The notes under the pieces were generated by a model. The model did no database searches. It was not told the DNA's origin and saw nothing but the letters and a program-made list of their open reading frames with translations. Both the position numbers and the translations under genes were made by a program. DNA of 64,000 bases from Octopus sinensis (lineage: Eukaryota), in NCBI RefSeq assembly GCF_006345805.1, contig NC_042998.1, positions 100,316,001-100,380,000 on the forward strand, written 5' to 3'. Below, piece by piece: positions 13,976-26,944 of this stretch (position 1 is its first letter; each line of letters starts with the position of its first letter).

Positions 13976-16652
13976 GAGTAAAAAAAGTTCTTCAGCCCTG
14001 AGTAGCTGGTGACACCTCTCAAGGACCAAATCAAGAATAACAGACCAATCACTGACATCCCAGTTCATAAATAGTAAAAGATACTCACATAATCAATATA
14101 TCCTTCTTAAACTAACTGACGTACAGCATATTAAATCAACTCTACCTTTCAGATATTGGACATGTAGGATATATTTAAAGAATCCAGCAGGTTACCTTCA
14201 TATCAAACCTAAGTCTACACACTCTGTGATTACAAGAAATACTGAGCAACAATAACACTCTTGTTTTCTGAAAAATCCTTACTTATACATCCATTCTGAA
14301 TGACACTGCCCACACACATAACCTTAACTCTTCATGCGCTTTATTAATCTGACCAATTTCATCCATCCACTAATCCCTTAGTTTTTGGACAGTATTGCTT
14401 CTGTGTACAGCATCTCTTCACCTTCAAATACCATTTCACCATATTGCCCATATATACACAAAAAAAAAAAAAATGAAAAAAGAAATCCACAGACTTCGTA
14501 ATTAAATATCTAGTGTAAGATATAAACCAGAGGGCAACATATCAAATATATGGTTCCAATAGTAACTGCTTGTGAGAATACTAATGAACATGTCTTGTGA
14601 CTATATGCAACCAGATACGACTATTCTGTTGAATATTCAATACAATTACTGATTATATCTCATTCTACTTTATTTTAGTTACTAACAGTAGATGTGTTGG
14701 CTCAAACGTTAGAGAATCAACAAGATAATTTATGATACTTGTTCAGTTTTGCATTGTTCACGGTTTAAATTTTGTGAAAGCTGACTTTGCTTTTCTTTTT
14801 CTTTCTTTTTATTCTTCTAAAATTGATGACATAAATACCAGCAACATACTGACATCAAATTAATGCCCAATATCCAGTGACCACTTCAGGAAAAAAAAAA
14901 ATAGAGAGACCTAGTATCTATGAAAATATTTGTTAGTAATTAATTGCAAAATATTTTATCTAATTAGGGTTCAACTAATTTCAAATATATATTTAATAAA
15001 AAATAAAAAAGAAAAACATGAAATAAAGTTAAAAATGAAATAAAGATGTTAATTAACTATTTGTTTAATTTATTCATTCTAGAATAGTGGAGTCATTGAA
15101 GATGACAGGCAGGTAAAATGGTCCCTTGTTTGATGTCATATATTTCTACCTACATATGCCACCAAAATGAGAGCAGGTCGCATATGAAATAATGAATGAA
15201 ACAAATATCAGCAACATACTGAGGTTAACAACATTACCCTCTACAAGCAATAAATTGAGTGGGAGTAAGAAAAAAAGTATTATTGCTATCAGACTATCAC
15301 TTCACCTATAAACATCTTGAAAGCTTTGACAATATTTAAATTATTAGGAATTTATATCATCACAAAATATGGCATCACCACCAGTTACAAAGAACTGACA
15401 CTTCTTAGCGACTAGTCCTATTAGGAGAGCAAACATAGACTAGCTTACTATTACCACTAGTTGTTCATTCATTCATTGATAATATATTTCATTCATATCT
15501 TTATTTGCTTCGTGATGCAGTCCACTTATGACATCTATACCAATAATGTAAGTCACATGATGAAGAAAACTGGTTCCAGCTGTTTTTGTGTACTTTGAAA
15601 TTTACAATTTGTCCCAATAGCTTTCAAGCAAACATATTTAATGATTAGATTGGCATAACAGTGAAGATAATTAAATGACATCAAAAATACAAAGACACAA
15701 CAGGTGTAAATATTACTTTGAAAATGTAAGATGTGCAACATTGTACTTGAATTATTATTCAACAACATTCTTTTCCAGGATATTTAAATGAAACACTCCA
15801 CAAACAGCTTGCATGAGCAAAAACAACAGTTTTCCTTCTTCACGCTTACTTTCACAAACAATGTATTACAATTACATCTTTACATAGCCAACTGTTCTTA
15901 ATTATTTCACAGGGTTTGCAGTGATAAATTACTCTATAAATGATATGACAACAGCAGGAAAAAATGCCATTGAGGATAACTGCTAATAGACATGAATGAC
16001 ATTCACCAAAAAATTAACATCAAACAAAATATTACAAAAGACATATGGATAAAAGAAATAAAGAAATAAAAAAGTATACACATAAACAAAACCGCTTTCT
16101 ATGTTTGTGTGCACGTATATATGCATATATTTACCTTCAATAGGTTGGGTGTGATGAAATATATCAGGTATAAATACATTAACTCTGTTGTATTACAATC
16201 ATTTACAAGCTGCTTTTGTCATGTTTGAGAAGTAAATAAATCCCACAAACATAAACTACTTAATCGCTGATCCGTGCTCCTGTCAGTAACTGTCCAAACA
16301 AGAAAGCATAAGTAGCGGAGAAAAATGCCAGAGCAGAGTCTCTTTAAAAACATCCACTGACTGCTAGAACAAGTGCTATACTGCAACTATTGGTATTCAA
16401 GCCAAAAAGGTGGTTAAAGCAACACTGAATGAAGCTAGTAGGAAGCCAGTACTGTTGCAGCTGGCAGCAGTAGCAGTAGCAGTAGTAACAGCAGTGGAAT
16501 TGGAAGCTGTGTTGAATTATTAGTAACACATTCACAAATTGAGGAATCTGTCGGCCCTATTAACTTTCCAGATGATCAAGAAATCAAACTCATATTTCAA
16601 ATTATTGATTTCCATACGTGAATCAGGGATAGATGGGCTATTCTATATTGTC

Positions 16653-16710
16653 ATGTGTGTGTGTGTTTATACATATGAATACATATATATGTGTGTGTGT
16701 GTGTGAGTGC

Positions 16711-16757
<47 letters not shown>

Positions 16758-17033
16758 ATATATATAAATATATAAGCTTGTGTATGTGTGTGTGTATATA
16801 TATATAAATACATATATATATATACACACACACATACACAAGCTTACATATATATATATAAGCTTGTGTATGTGTGTGTGTGTATATATACATATATATA
16901 AGTGTGTATATATATAAATACATATATATATATACAAGCTTGTGTGTGAGTGTGTGTGTGTGTGTGTATATATATATACATACACACACATACAGATATA
17001 TGTACTCTATGTATACATATGTAAATATGTGTG
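16653..17033. repeat. Compound (TA)n/(TG)n/(CA)n microsatellite block with four AAGCTT nodes
   Basis: Direct reading. Confidence 0.95.
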
Positions 17034-17526
17034 TAGTAACATATTCACAAACTGAGGAATCTGTTGTCCCCATTAGCTTTCCAGATGATCAAGAAATCGA
17101 ACTCATATTTCAAATTATTGATTTCCAAATGTGAAGGTGGGGGTGGGTTATTCCGTATCTTCTTATATATCTTGTGTGTGTGTGTTTTGATCATCATAGT
17201 TTTGATATCTACTTTTTCACACATCCGCAAGGCGAGTGGAATGGGATTTGTTGAGGCAGATTTTCAAAGGCTGGATGCCCTTCCTGTTGCCAACACTCAT
17301 CTGTTTCCAAGCAAGATGATATTTCCTCAAAGCCAGATGTTTTCTTCTAAGACTGAAAATGAAGGACACCACTTGTTTGTCAGTGACATTTATTTACAAC
17401 TATCATGCAATGTCAAGACAAGGAGACACACATACACAGATGTATGTACACATCTATGTTTGTCTGAGTGTGTGGATAAGTATACATATGTACATTAAGT
17501 ACACACACACATACATTATATATATA

Positions 17527-17805
17527 TCAAAATCAAAAGGAAATTGTAGTTGTGATCCCCGTGCCAGTGGCACATAAAAAGCACTAACCGATTGTGGTCG
17601 TTGCCAGCCTCTTCTGGCCCCTGTGCCAGTGGCACATAAAAGCACCCACTACAATCTCAGAGTGGTTGACGTTAGGAAGGGCATCCAGCTGTAGAAACAC
17701 TGCCAGATCAGACTGGAGCCTGGTGCAGCCTCCTGGCTTCCTAGACCCCAGTTGAACCGTTCAACACATGCCATCTTGGAAAATGGATGTCAAATGATGA
17801 TGATA
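17527..17805 (+). mobile_element. RTE-type 3' UTR / tail fragment
   Basis: ggcacataaaagcacccactac...ttaggaagggcatccagctgtagaaac...atgatgatgat; near-identical to 4490-4850. Confidence 0.85.
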
Positions 17806-17818
17806 TATATATATATAT

Positions 17819-19034
17819 TGTTCAGCGATGTGAGGATCAAAGAACTGAAGTGTTTCAGATTGCAAGACAGTGTGTGAGAAAAAACCATGATGTCATAAGA
17901 GGGAAATGTGTCCACATGGATTATGGTGAAATTAATAATTCTGCAAAGAAAGAGGCTTGGAAATGCCATTATGAAAGACTGCTGGACATGGAGAATGAAT
18001 GGGAGGAGGAGAGTCAGCCACATGTTGACCCAATTGAGGGACCAGCTACCCAAATCAACAGTACCTTGGTAGATAAAGCAATTAAGGATATGAAGCTATG
18101 GAAAGCTCCCAGTCCATCAGGAATCACTGCTGAAATGCTCTTGCTCTTATAGCTGAATCACTACCTGAGCTAGAGAAGAAGTTCCAAGTATAGAAGCAAG
18201 GTCTAGAATCAAAGGGCCTTAGAGTTAACCTAGCAAAAACTACAGTCTTAGTAAGTAGGAAGGCAGACAAATCACAAATCCCTTCAGGTAGATGGCCCTG
18301 CTCAATCTGTAGAAAAGGCATGGGTAGAAACTCCATAAGATGCACTCAATGTAAACTTCAGACATATAAAAGCTGCAGTAATATTAGAGGAAGGTTAACA
18401 GGGAAACTAGCTTTTGTATGTGGAAGATGCACAGGTACAATAAATGCTGAAAATCTGCAGAAAATAGACTCGGTCAACTGCCAGGGAGACAAGCTAGAGG
18501 TGGTAGATAGCTTCCATTATCTAGGTGACCAAGTTAGTAGTGAAGGGGGATGCTCCGAGAGCATAGCTGAGAGAATAAGATTAGACTGGACAAAGTTCAG
18601 AGAGCTCCTACCTCAGCTGGCAGCACAAGGCCTCTCTCTCAGAGTGAAAGACAGATTGTATGATGCCTGTGTGTGTACAGCCATGCTACATGGCAGTGAA
18701 ACATGGGCTATGACAACCGAGGACATGCATAGGCTTGAAAGAAATGAAGCCAGTATGCTTCGCTGGATGTGCAATGTCAGGGTACATGTTTGACTGAGTG
18801 TAAGCATCTTGAGAGAAAAGATAGGCATAAGAGGAATCAGATGTGGTGTGCAAGAGAGAGACGACTGCTCTGGCATAGTCATGTGATGCATATGGACGAG
18901 AACAGCTGTGTAAAGAAGTGCCAATCTCTAACTGTGAAGGGAGTTTGTGGTAGAGGTAGATCCAGGAAAACATGGGACGAAGTGGTGAAGCATGATCTTC
19001 AAACTTTGAGCCTCACAGAAGCAATGACTAGTGA
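17819..19034 (+). mobile_element. RTE-clade LINE ORF2 fragment, internally deleted, with frameshift and stops
   Basis: KEAWKCHYERLLDMENEW...AIKDMKLWKAPSPSGITAEML joined directly to LALIAESLPELEKKFQV*KQGLESKGLRVNLAKT; then a Cys-rich finger, LEVVDSFHYLGD, LYDACVCTAMLHGSETW, GRGRSRKTWDEVVKHDL. Confidence 0.93.
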
Positions 19035-19214
19035 TATTTTTGTTGTTTTTGTAAAATCTCAGAAAATAATTAAAAATTCACATTTTTTATCAAATTATTT
19101 TGTTATATTTGGCAATATACTGTGCCCATCAAGCCAAGTGAAATTATAGTCATGGTTGACATTGGTGTCACATAACTGGCATCCATGCTGGTGGCATGTA
19201 AAGAGCACTGTTGG

Positions 19215-19488
19215 AGCACTGGGCCTCAGAGAGGCAAAAATGGCTGGATTCCTTTGAAGCATTGAGCCACACAGGCAAAGTGGCCAAGTTCCTTTTGAGC
19301 ATTGAGCCTCATGGAGGTAAAGTGGCCAAGTTCCTTTTGAGCACTGGACCTTACAGAGGCAAAGTGGCTGAGTTCCTTTTGAGTGTTGGGCCTCATGGGG
19401 GCAAAGTGGCTGAGTTCCTTTTGCACATTGGGCTTCACGGAGGCAAAGTTGCTGAGTTCCTTTTGAGTGTTGGGCCTCACAGAGGCAA
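19215..19488 (+). repeat. 42-bp-unit minisatellite (6 units plus a partial)
   Basis: Units start at 19215, 19258, 19298, 19340, 19382, 19424, 19466; consensus approx. agYRYTGRGCCTCAYRGAGGCAAAGTGGCYRAGTTCCTTTTG; gives 14-aa repeats in the ORF track. Confidence 0.95.
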
Positions 19489-19772
19489 TTACCAAGACCT
19501 TTGGCATTATGTCGAGCTTGAGAAGAAGACCCATCAAGCCAAGCAAAATCGCAGTCATGGCAAATGTTGGTGTCACACAAATAGCACTCATGCTGCTGGC
19601 ACATAAAAGCACCCATTACACTCACAGAGTGGTTGGCATTAAGAAGGGCATCGAGCTGTAGAAAACTATGCTAAATCATACTGGAGTGTAGTGCAGCCTT
19701 CCAGCTTACCAGCACTGGTCAAACTAGCCAACCCGTGCCAGCATGGACAGCAGGCATTAAATGATGATGATA
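19466..19772 (+). mobile_element. RTE 3' end (ORF2 terminus + 3' UTR + tail)
   Basis: LGLTEA...gaagacccatcaagccaag...aaagcacccattacac...aagggcatcgagctgtagaaa...atgatgatgat. Confidence 0.8.
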
Positions 19773-19842
19773 ACATATATATACACAAGTAAGCACGTTG
19801 TAGTATTCAAATACCGAAGGAAGGAAGGGATGGAAGGATGGG

Positions 19843-19869
<27 letters not shown>

Positions 19870-19873
<4 letters not shown>

Positions 19874-20012
19874 GAATAGCTGCATAAAGTGTTGTTTGCT
19901 TCATGTGGCTGGAACCTGCAGAAGAGGCAGATACAGGAAGACATGGGACGAAGTGGTAAAAGCTGACCACAAGACTCTGAGCCTGACAGATGAAATGACA
20001 AAAGAAAAATTT
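19870..20012 (+). mobile_element. RTE ORF2 C-terminal fragment
   Basis: ENSCIKCCLLHVAGTCRRGRYRKTWDEVVKADHKTLSLTDEMTK, homologous to 18900-19030. Confidence 0.75.
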
Positions 20013-20922
20013 CTTTTGCAATAGGAAGTTCTCAAAATGACTAACCCTCCTCAACAAAACTGAGTTCTGGAAGTACCATGCTTTGGAGTCTTCACCTGTT
20101 GCAGTACTCTCTCCCCACGCCTTATGCTTGCTGCTCCCCCCACTCCCGTCCCAGCTTCACAAACTACTCAACCATGTCATTTCTCGCCTGTCCTCCTTCA
20201 CCCCAATGATTATATCATCTTTACTACCTCTGGTGCTTGTCGACTCCACTCTTCTGCATCCTTCTATTTTCCGCAGCCATACTTCATCCACCCTTCCACC
20301 CTACCCATTTTAACCATCTGCCTCAGCTTGTGACATTGTAGATCCACCTGTTATCCCACCCTTGTGCATCTATTGTTTACACTAAATACATTGTATGGAA
20401 TTTCTAACTATTCCTTTTCTGCATATTTAGCAACTCTATTTCCCCTGACAGTAGTAATGACTCAACTCCTTGGCTAATACTGAAATATTAGTAAACTTCC
20501 TATCTACTAATACTTCAGTTTTTACTACGTTTATTTTGAGGCCTCTTGATTCTAGGTTTTGCTTCCATGTCTGGAAGTTTTGTCTCTAATTATACTATAG
20601 TTTTGGTTATAAGAACTAAGTCATCAGCATAAAGAGTTCCTACAGACAGTCAGGCTTAAACTCTACTGTGATGGTCTTTATAAGAAAAAAAATAGGATGG
20701 GGCTGAGGAATGAACTTTGATGAACTCTTAACTTCATGATAAATATATATAAGAGAGTAAGAGAAATAGTTTTTGTATCTGTCAATATGATATAGATTCA
20801 AACAAATATAAAAAAACAATCAGCTTAACCACTACTTTTTCATTTTAGCATGAAATATTAATTATTAAAAACAAAACCATCACAATTTACACTCTAAATA
20901 CAGATACACAAACACACACATG

Positions 20923-20925
<3 letters not shown>

Positions 20926-20977
<52 letters not shown>
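20926..20977. repeat. (AG)26 microsatellite
   Basis: Direct reading. Confidence 0.97.
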
Positions 20978-20979
<2 letters not shown>

Positions 20980-20999
20980 TTTGTGTGTTTGTGTGAGCT

Positions 21000-21420
21000 G
21001 AATAGGTGATAAAAATAACTCAAAAGCCCGATTAACAGAAACTGAAATTCTTCAACAGACAAAAGCAGCGATCCTTTTATGAAATAGAATGATATCAAAT
21101 ATAGAAGCTGAGTAAGATTCTGAAAGAGATGTAAAAGAAAATTTCCAATGAACAGAGCGCTCTATTTTCAGAAAAATCCTCAGTTGGATATTATTTAAGG
21201 AGAAGTGGAGAGGGGAAGTGATTATGGGTGAGAGTGAAATGTTTAGTCATTCCAAGAACTCAAATATGGGTGCTGACTTTATGCAACCATTAATGGCAGG
21301 AAGTCACATGTTGCTTCACAGGTATTGATAAAAGGAAGAATATTTGATTAAGAGTGTCAGAAAATAGATAAAAATGGTTTCTTGGAGAGGAGTTTCGTTG
21401 ATTCTGGTTTTCATAGAAAT
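21000..21420 (-). pseudogene. Very degenerate non-LTR RT thumb region
   Basis: Weak remnants of WxxxFNxxKT, PLxLNNxxL and LYxLFSS-like segments; frame broken repeatedly. Confidence 0.35.
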
Positions 21421-24400
21421 TCTGAGATGAGAGAAAGTATCAGTATTAGAATAAATATCTTGGCAACTAATTCTTTTTTTTCTTTAAATAATAGAACAGT
21501 AAAAAGCAACTTTTTATTTATTTATTTTTTCCCCCCTAAGAGGTAATCTCCTAAAATCATTTCCATTAGCCAAGATAATTTTCCCAAATACATTTTAAAG
21601 AATATATCACTGTTAACAGGTAATGGCATGGAGGGAGAGAAGCATAAAATGGAAACAAAAGGCAAAAAATGTTATCCTTCTTGTGAATGAAAGAGATCCA
21701 TAGTGTTGGTAATTAGCTCTAGTTTTCATAGCATTAAGCAAATAAGAACTAATTCTTACCCTGGGTGTATGAATGCTAATACATTGCTGGGTAGTTTCCC
21801 ATAAAAGCCAGAAGATACCTATTTATACATAGCTTGGTTAATTGAGATGATGTAGAATTAAAAATCTTAACAGTAACAAGTGGAAACACTTGTAGTGGAT
21901 TAGAACTTGTGATTTATAAGTCAAGTTAGCTGTTTTGCCTATTAATTAGGAGCAAAAACAGCCTTAATAACTGACTGTATGAATTAGTGATTAATAAAAC
22001 TATATTAAATTGGAGTTATTAAACTCATTTACTTTGAAGAAAGCACATCAACAATATCTATCTTCAAAGTTCAAACTGAAAAATCTAATTTGTCAAAATG
22101 TTATCCACTGCCAGAAAATAATCTAACACCTACCACCTCATCCTTGAAATTTTCTGTGGTGGCTGGTTGAGATGGTCGACATATTTTCTTCCCAATCTCT
22201 TCTCTGTATTCCAGTCATCATCATCATAATTTTTATACCTGCTTTTTCTATGCTGACATGAACTGGAAAACATTCCTTAAAGCAGTATTCTATAGCTGAA
22301 TGTCCTTTCTAACACTAACTCTCACTTTGTTTTGAGGAAGATATTTTTTTCCACTGGTCTCCCAAACAACTTACTTGCCAGATTTATTTGTTATATGGAA
22401 AATGAACATCACCACTGCCTTTGCAGTGTCAATGTTAATACATGCAGAAACAAAACACACAAGCACAAATGGGCTTCCATACACTTCCCAAAGTACAGAA
22501 CTCTTGGCAAGGTTATCAAGGTGTGTTTCACTATGAAAGGTTATCAGAGACAGTGAAGACTAACATTTCTAAAAGTTTTACTTGCAAGTAGTTCAGGATT
22601 TGAAAGAAGGTAGAGTTTTAAGCATATTTCCTTGATATATATATATATGGTTGCTGTGTTTTGTTGCAGTTATGATCAAAGTCTTTGTTAACAGAAGTAA
22701 TGTATGCCTGCCATGAATTATCTAGGTTGTATGTGGGTGATGTCTATGGAGCAAAGATTATCAATGAGTGAAGGATGGTATCATCAGTACAAGAGGGTAT
22801 TTAAGAGGAAGTAAAATATAACAGGCTGTCCATATGTATGTTTTTGGTTGGAATTATCAGAGAGTTGGTCTTTCATGAGTGCATTTGGCTTGAAGTAAAA
22901 GAGGGTGGTGAATTTGGTTGCAGTTAAAAAAAAAAAAAAAAAAAAACAGTGACTTTTATATTACATCATGCACACACATACATATAAGAAAGAAAAGAAA
23001 AAGGCTGAGCTCTTGGAGGGCTAAAAATCAAGAATTTTCTACATATACCGAGTAAAAGTTGACCCTAGTTTACTCCAGGTGACAGATCATTTGCAAGTCA
23101 AAAAATTATTTTGTGGAGAAATGTTACAGAAAGGAAATTATTTTTTCTCTATAATTATGCATTTCAATGTACAATTCATACAAGCATCATAGTTACAGAT
23201 TACTGAAGTTCTTTACTGAACTCCAATATATACCAGTGTGATACAAACAGCTTCACTCCACTATTTCTAATAAGGATGTAATATGTTATACTAGACCACC
23301 ACTATAATTCACCCTAATTACCATATTTCTAAATGCAAAGTACTTAGTAGTATACATTTCATCAGCTTACAGTTTATTGATGCAAGCACAGATGTAAAGC
23401 ACTTTAACCAGTGTTGTCAGATAAGTGAAAAATGGAATAACATCTTAAGTCCCAGTATCATTGCTCACTTTTTCTATCAACTACAGCAATAAATTGCTAA
23501 GATTTATATAAAAGTCAGGTTACAGTTGGATTTCAGTTTCATTTGGTGGATCAGCTGATGTTTGTTCTCATATAGAATTGCCAAATACTGTCACATGATT
23601 TAGGTTTTAAAATTCTTATAACTGTGAGAGAAAATATCTCCCAGAAAAAATAATTAATACATGGTAGTGTTTAAATGAAGAGTTATCTAAGTTGCTGAGA
23701 AGATAATTAATTGTAGAGAAGTTGAGAGAATTTGGTATTCCAGAGAAACTTGTGATAGACTGGAGAAGATAGGGAACGAGTTTCAAATAACATGGAAAGC
23801 AAAGTGTACTGACAAAGGTTAGCTTTGCAAGAGGCTGCAGAGAAGAATAGTGGGTACTTTGAAATCACCAAGATAGAAAAATGTTTACCTCATAGAACCG
23901 ACAAATCTAAGAGCAAAAACAAATCAAAGAACGACAGAATTTTGGATTTTAAAGCAAGTGTCAGATGGTAATACAAGGTCTGTATGACAGTATGATTTGA
24001 GCACTTCAGTAGAGGACAATGACTGCACAAAAGCAAATTCCAGACAGAATAACGACATCATTGACCATATGATTATGAAGTTCATTCAGTACTGAAAATA
24101 ATGAACAGCAATTTTGCAGAATTTTGTGCTTGAAGTTTTTAATATTTATCAAGAAATTATAGTTTAAAGCCATATTAAATGTTAGCTTTATCTTGTTTGC
24201 ATAAATTAAGCTTACAAATAAATGCGTGTGTGTGGGTATGTACGTATATAGATGTGTGTGTGTGTGTGCGTGCGTGTATGCGAGTAAGTGCGTGTATAGA
24301 CATGTTTTACTCAATGTTTTTTTTACACATTTTCCTGTATTTTTGCCTTCAGCCCCGTTTTTTCTTGTGTATGTGTGCATGAAAGGCATCTAGTTGCAAA

Positions 24401-25204
24401 AACCTTGGTGTTAGGAAGGGTATCTAACTGTAAAAATCCTGTCAAAAACAGTCACAGATGTCTGGTGGAGGCTTCTGCCTGGTTGGTTCCTGTCAAACCG
24501 TCCCACCCATGCCAGCATGGAAGGTGGATGTTACATGATAATATGTATTTACAGAACAGATTTACATGAAGTACAAAAAATACAGAAAACTAAACGGAGA
24601 GGGAACAGTACTTCAGGTCCGACAGTTGTTTCTGGGGGTTCAGAATTACGTTATAGTTGTAAAGTTGGCAGATGGAGTGTACAAAATGTCAAGGATATGC
24701 AACCAGTAGTGGATGCATATAGAAATTACTGTAAATCTGGCCTCCATCTTCAGGGTAGAGACAGGCATCTAACATTTCACATCATAATGCAAGAAATTTA
24801 AGGGTAGAATGAGTGAAGAAAGCAAACAGAAGTAGGTTAAAGGAGGAAGTAGGCAGTTCAGGAGAAGAGAGGGGAGAGTTGAAGCAGAGGAAGGATAAGA
24901 AAAGATAGGAATAGCAGGGCAGGGAGAGTCAAGAGAGAGTGACCAGGAGATTGAGAGAAGTAGAGAGATGAGTGGGAAGGAGTGGGATGGATAGTGCTGT
25001 GAATAATGAATAAAAGGGCAAAAAATGAATTACAGTAATAATACATTTAAGAGATCACTATTTAGGGTCTTGCTACTGATACAGTTGGTATTTGAGACTG
25101 TATGTTGATTTTCAGTCCCTTAAAAGTTGTGTTTAGTAATAGTCAACGGTGGAATTTAGTCTAAAAAAAAATTCAACTTTTAGATGAGTCTGTGTTAAAA
25201 AGTG

Positions 25205-25812
25205 TCACACCCTAGCAGTTGAAGGAACCTACAGAAGAGGTAGACCCAAGAAGAGCTTGGATGAGGGGGTGAAGCACAACCTTCAAACATTGATCCTCAC
25301 CAAGGCAATGACAAATGCTTGAGAAGACCTGACAACCCAAGTGAGACCATAGCCATGACCTATGCCAGTGCTGTATAACCAGTCCATTTAAGAGTACCCT
25401 TCAATCATTGGACAATAAACTATGCTTGCAAAGACCTGTTGAGGCAAGTGAAATCACTGTTGTGGCCAAAGACAGTACCGCCTGATTAGCGCTCGTACTA
25501 GTGGATTGTTAAAAGCACCATTCGAGCATGGTCATTACCAGTGCCACTGGACTTGTTCCTGTGCAGGTGGTACATTAAAAGCACCATTTGAGCGTGGCCA
25601 ATGCCAGTACTGCCTGACTGGTCCTTGTGCTGGTGGCACGTAAAAGCACCCACTACACTCTTGGAGTGGTTGGCATTAGGAAGGGCATCCAGCTGTAGAA
25701 ACTTTGCCTGATCAGAATGGAGACTGGTGCAGCCTTCTGGCTCGCCAGCCCTCAGTCAAACAGTCAAACTCATACCAGCATGCAAAGCAGCCGTTAAACG
25801 ATGATGATGATA
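25205..25812 (+). mobile_element. 5'-truncated RTE (ORF2 end + 3' UTR + tail)
   Basis: gaagaggtagacccaagaagagcttggatgagggggtgaagcac...aagggcatccagctgtagaaac...gatgatgatgat. Confidence 0.82.
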
Positions 25813-26944
25813 AATGACAGGTCATTGATGTGAGTGGATTTGGTTGGAAGTAAGAGACAGTTGGTCGCTAATGTGTGTGTATTTTGCATGGAAGTAAGAG
25901 AGATTAGGTCGAAGATGCAAGTATGTTTAGTAGAAAGTGAGTGTAGATCATTGTTAATGATAAGGGCTGAAGTTTAGGAAAACTTATGGCTTCAGAATAT
26001 GTAATTGAATATCCAGCTTCAGGATTGTTGTTGAAGAGTGTAAATAATTAGGACAGAGAGAGAGAGAGAAAGAGAGTGAGAGAGAGAGCATTTTAAAGAA
26101 GAAATTTCTTTGAAAGAATGTAGCTGGCAACTGGAAAATTACAAAATGACCGACTAGTTAGATTACTTCACTGAACTGTATCTGTTCTTTTTAAATCTAC
26201 AGTCAATTTATAAATTTCTTCAATAATGATTCCTTAAAGATAAAATGATTTCTTATTTAAGTATAAGGGAAGCAATAGTCATTAGTACTAACACAAATTA
26301 ACTGATACCTACTTTATGAACTTTAGGAGAGAAGGTGATAAAAAGAATTTGATTTTCAAGGGATTTGAAGTTGGAATCATGCACAACATTTAAATTGACT
26401 TTCAACTCCCTCTCAGCTTTATCCACAGCTCTCTAATTAATAAGCTAACAGAATGAAAAAAAAAAAACAGCATAAAACCTACTGAATATCTGATCTCTTG
26501 AATAGCAAATACTGAAAGCTGAACTGAGAGCATGAACTACAACTACTAAACAAACAGGTTAATGACAATGAAAACAACTGCATTGTTTTTCTTCTACTTT
26601 TAAATCAATGTTCACACCTGTTGTTCATAGACTGTATCTACTGAAGATTACACTACTTGCATTAAAATTCCATTGTAATTATTTTACAAGCACTAACAAG
26701 GTCCAAATTATTCTTTTTATTTACTTCTTTTCTACATTCCATGTCAGCACTCTTCAGTCTTGATGCTATTACAACTACTACAGCAAATTAATAACAACAG
26801 AATTCAGTAATCTCCTGTTTGGTTACAAATCTAAAATAGACTTCATCATGGAATGCAGCACTCATGTCTAAGTTGGTGAACCTTTGTTTAATCAATGGAA
26901 GAGTAAATCACATTCACAGAACCACCACCTAATGTAGAAACCCC

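Noticed and set aside
16200-16520. CpG-containing unique segment as an alternative first exon or promoter
   Set aside because: No homology or decisive motif; would need CAGE/ATAC data.
16651-17073. ORFs of 80-140 aa (also 3910-4274, 4834-5484, 36170-36460 and similar)
   Set aside because: Translations of dinucleotide microsatellites (YI/HT/CV runs).
19215-19488. CRISPR-like regular repeat
   Set aside because: Units are contiguous with no unique spacers, derive from an RTE, and the context is eukaryotic.
19095-19625. Three overlapping 128-176 aa ORFs as genes
   Set aside because: They are open because of the stop-free 42-bp unit; no domain or splice evidence.
23889-24091. Minus-strand exon-like cassette (ttttcag ... 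gag|gtaaac)
   Set aside because: Stops in all three frames; no recognisable protein.
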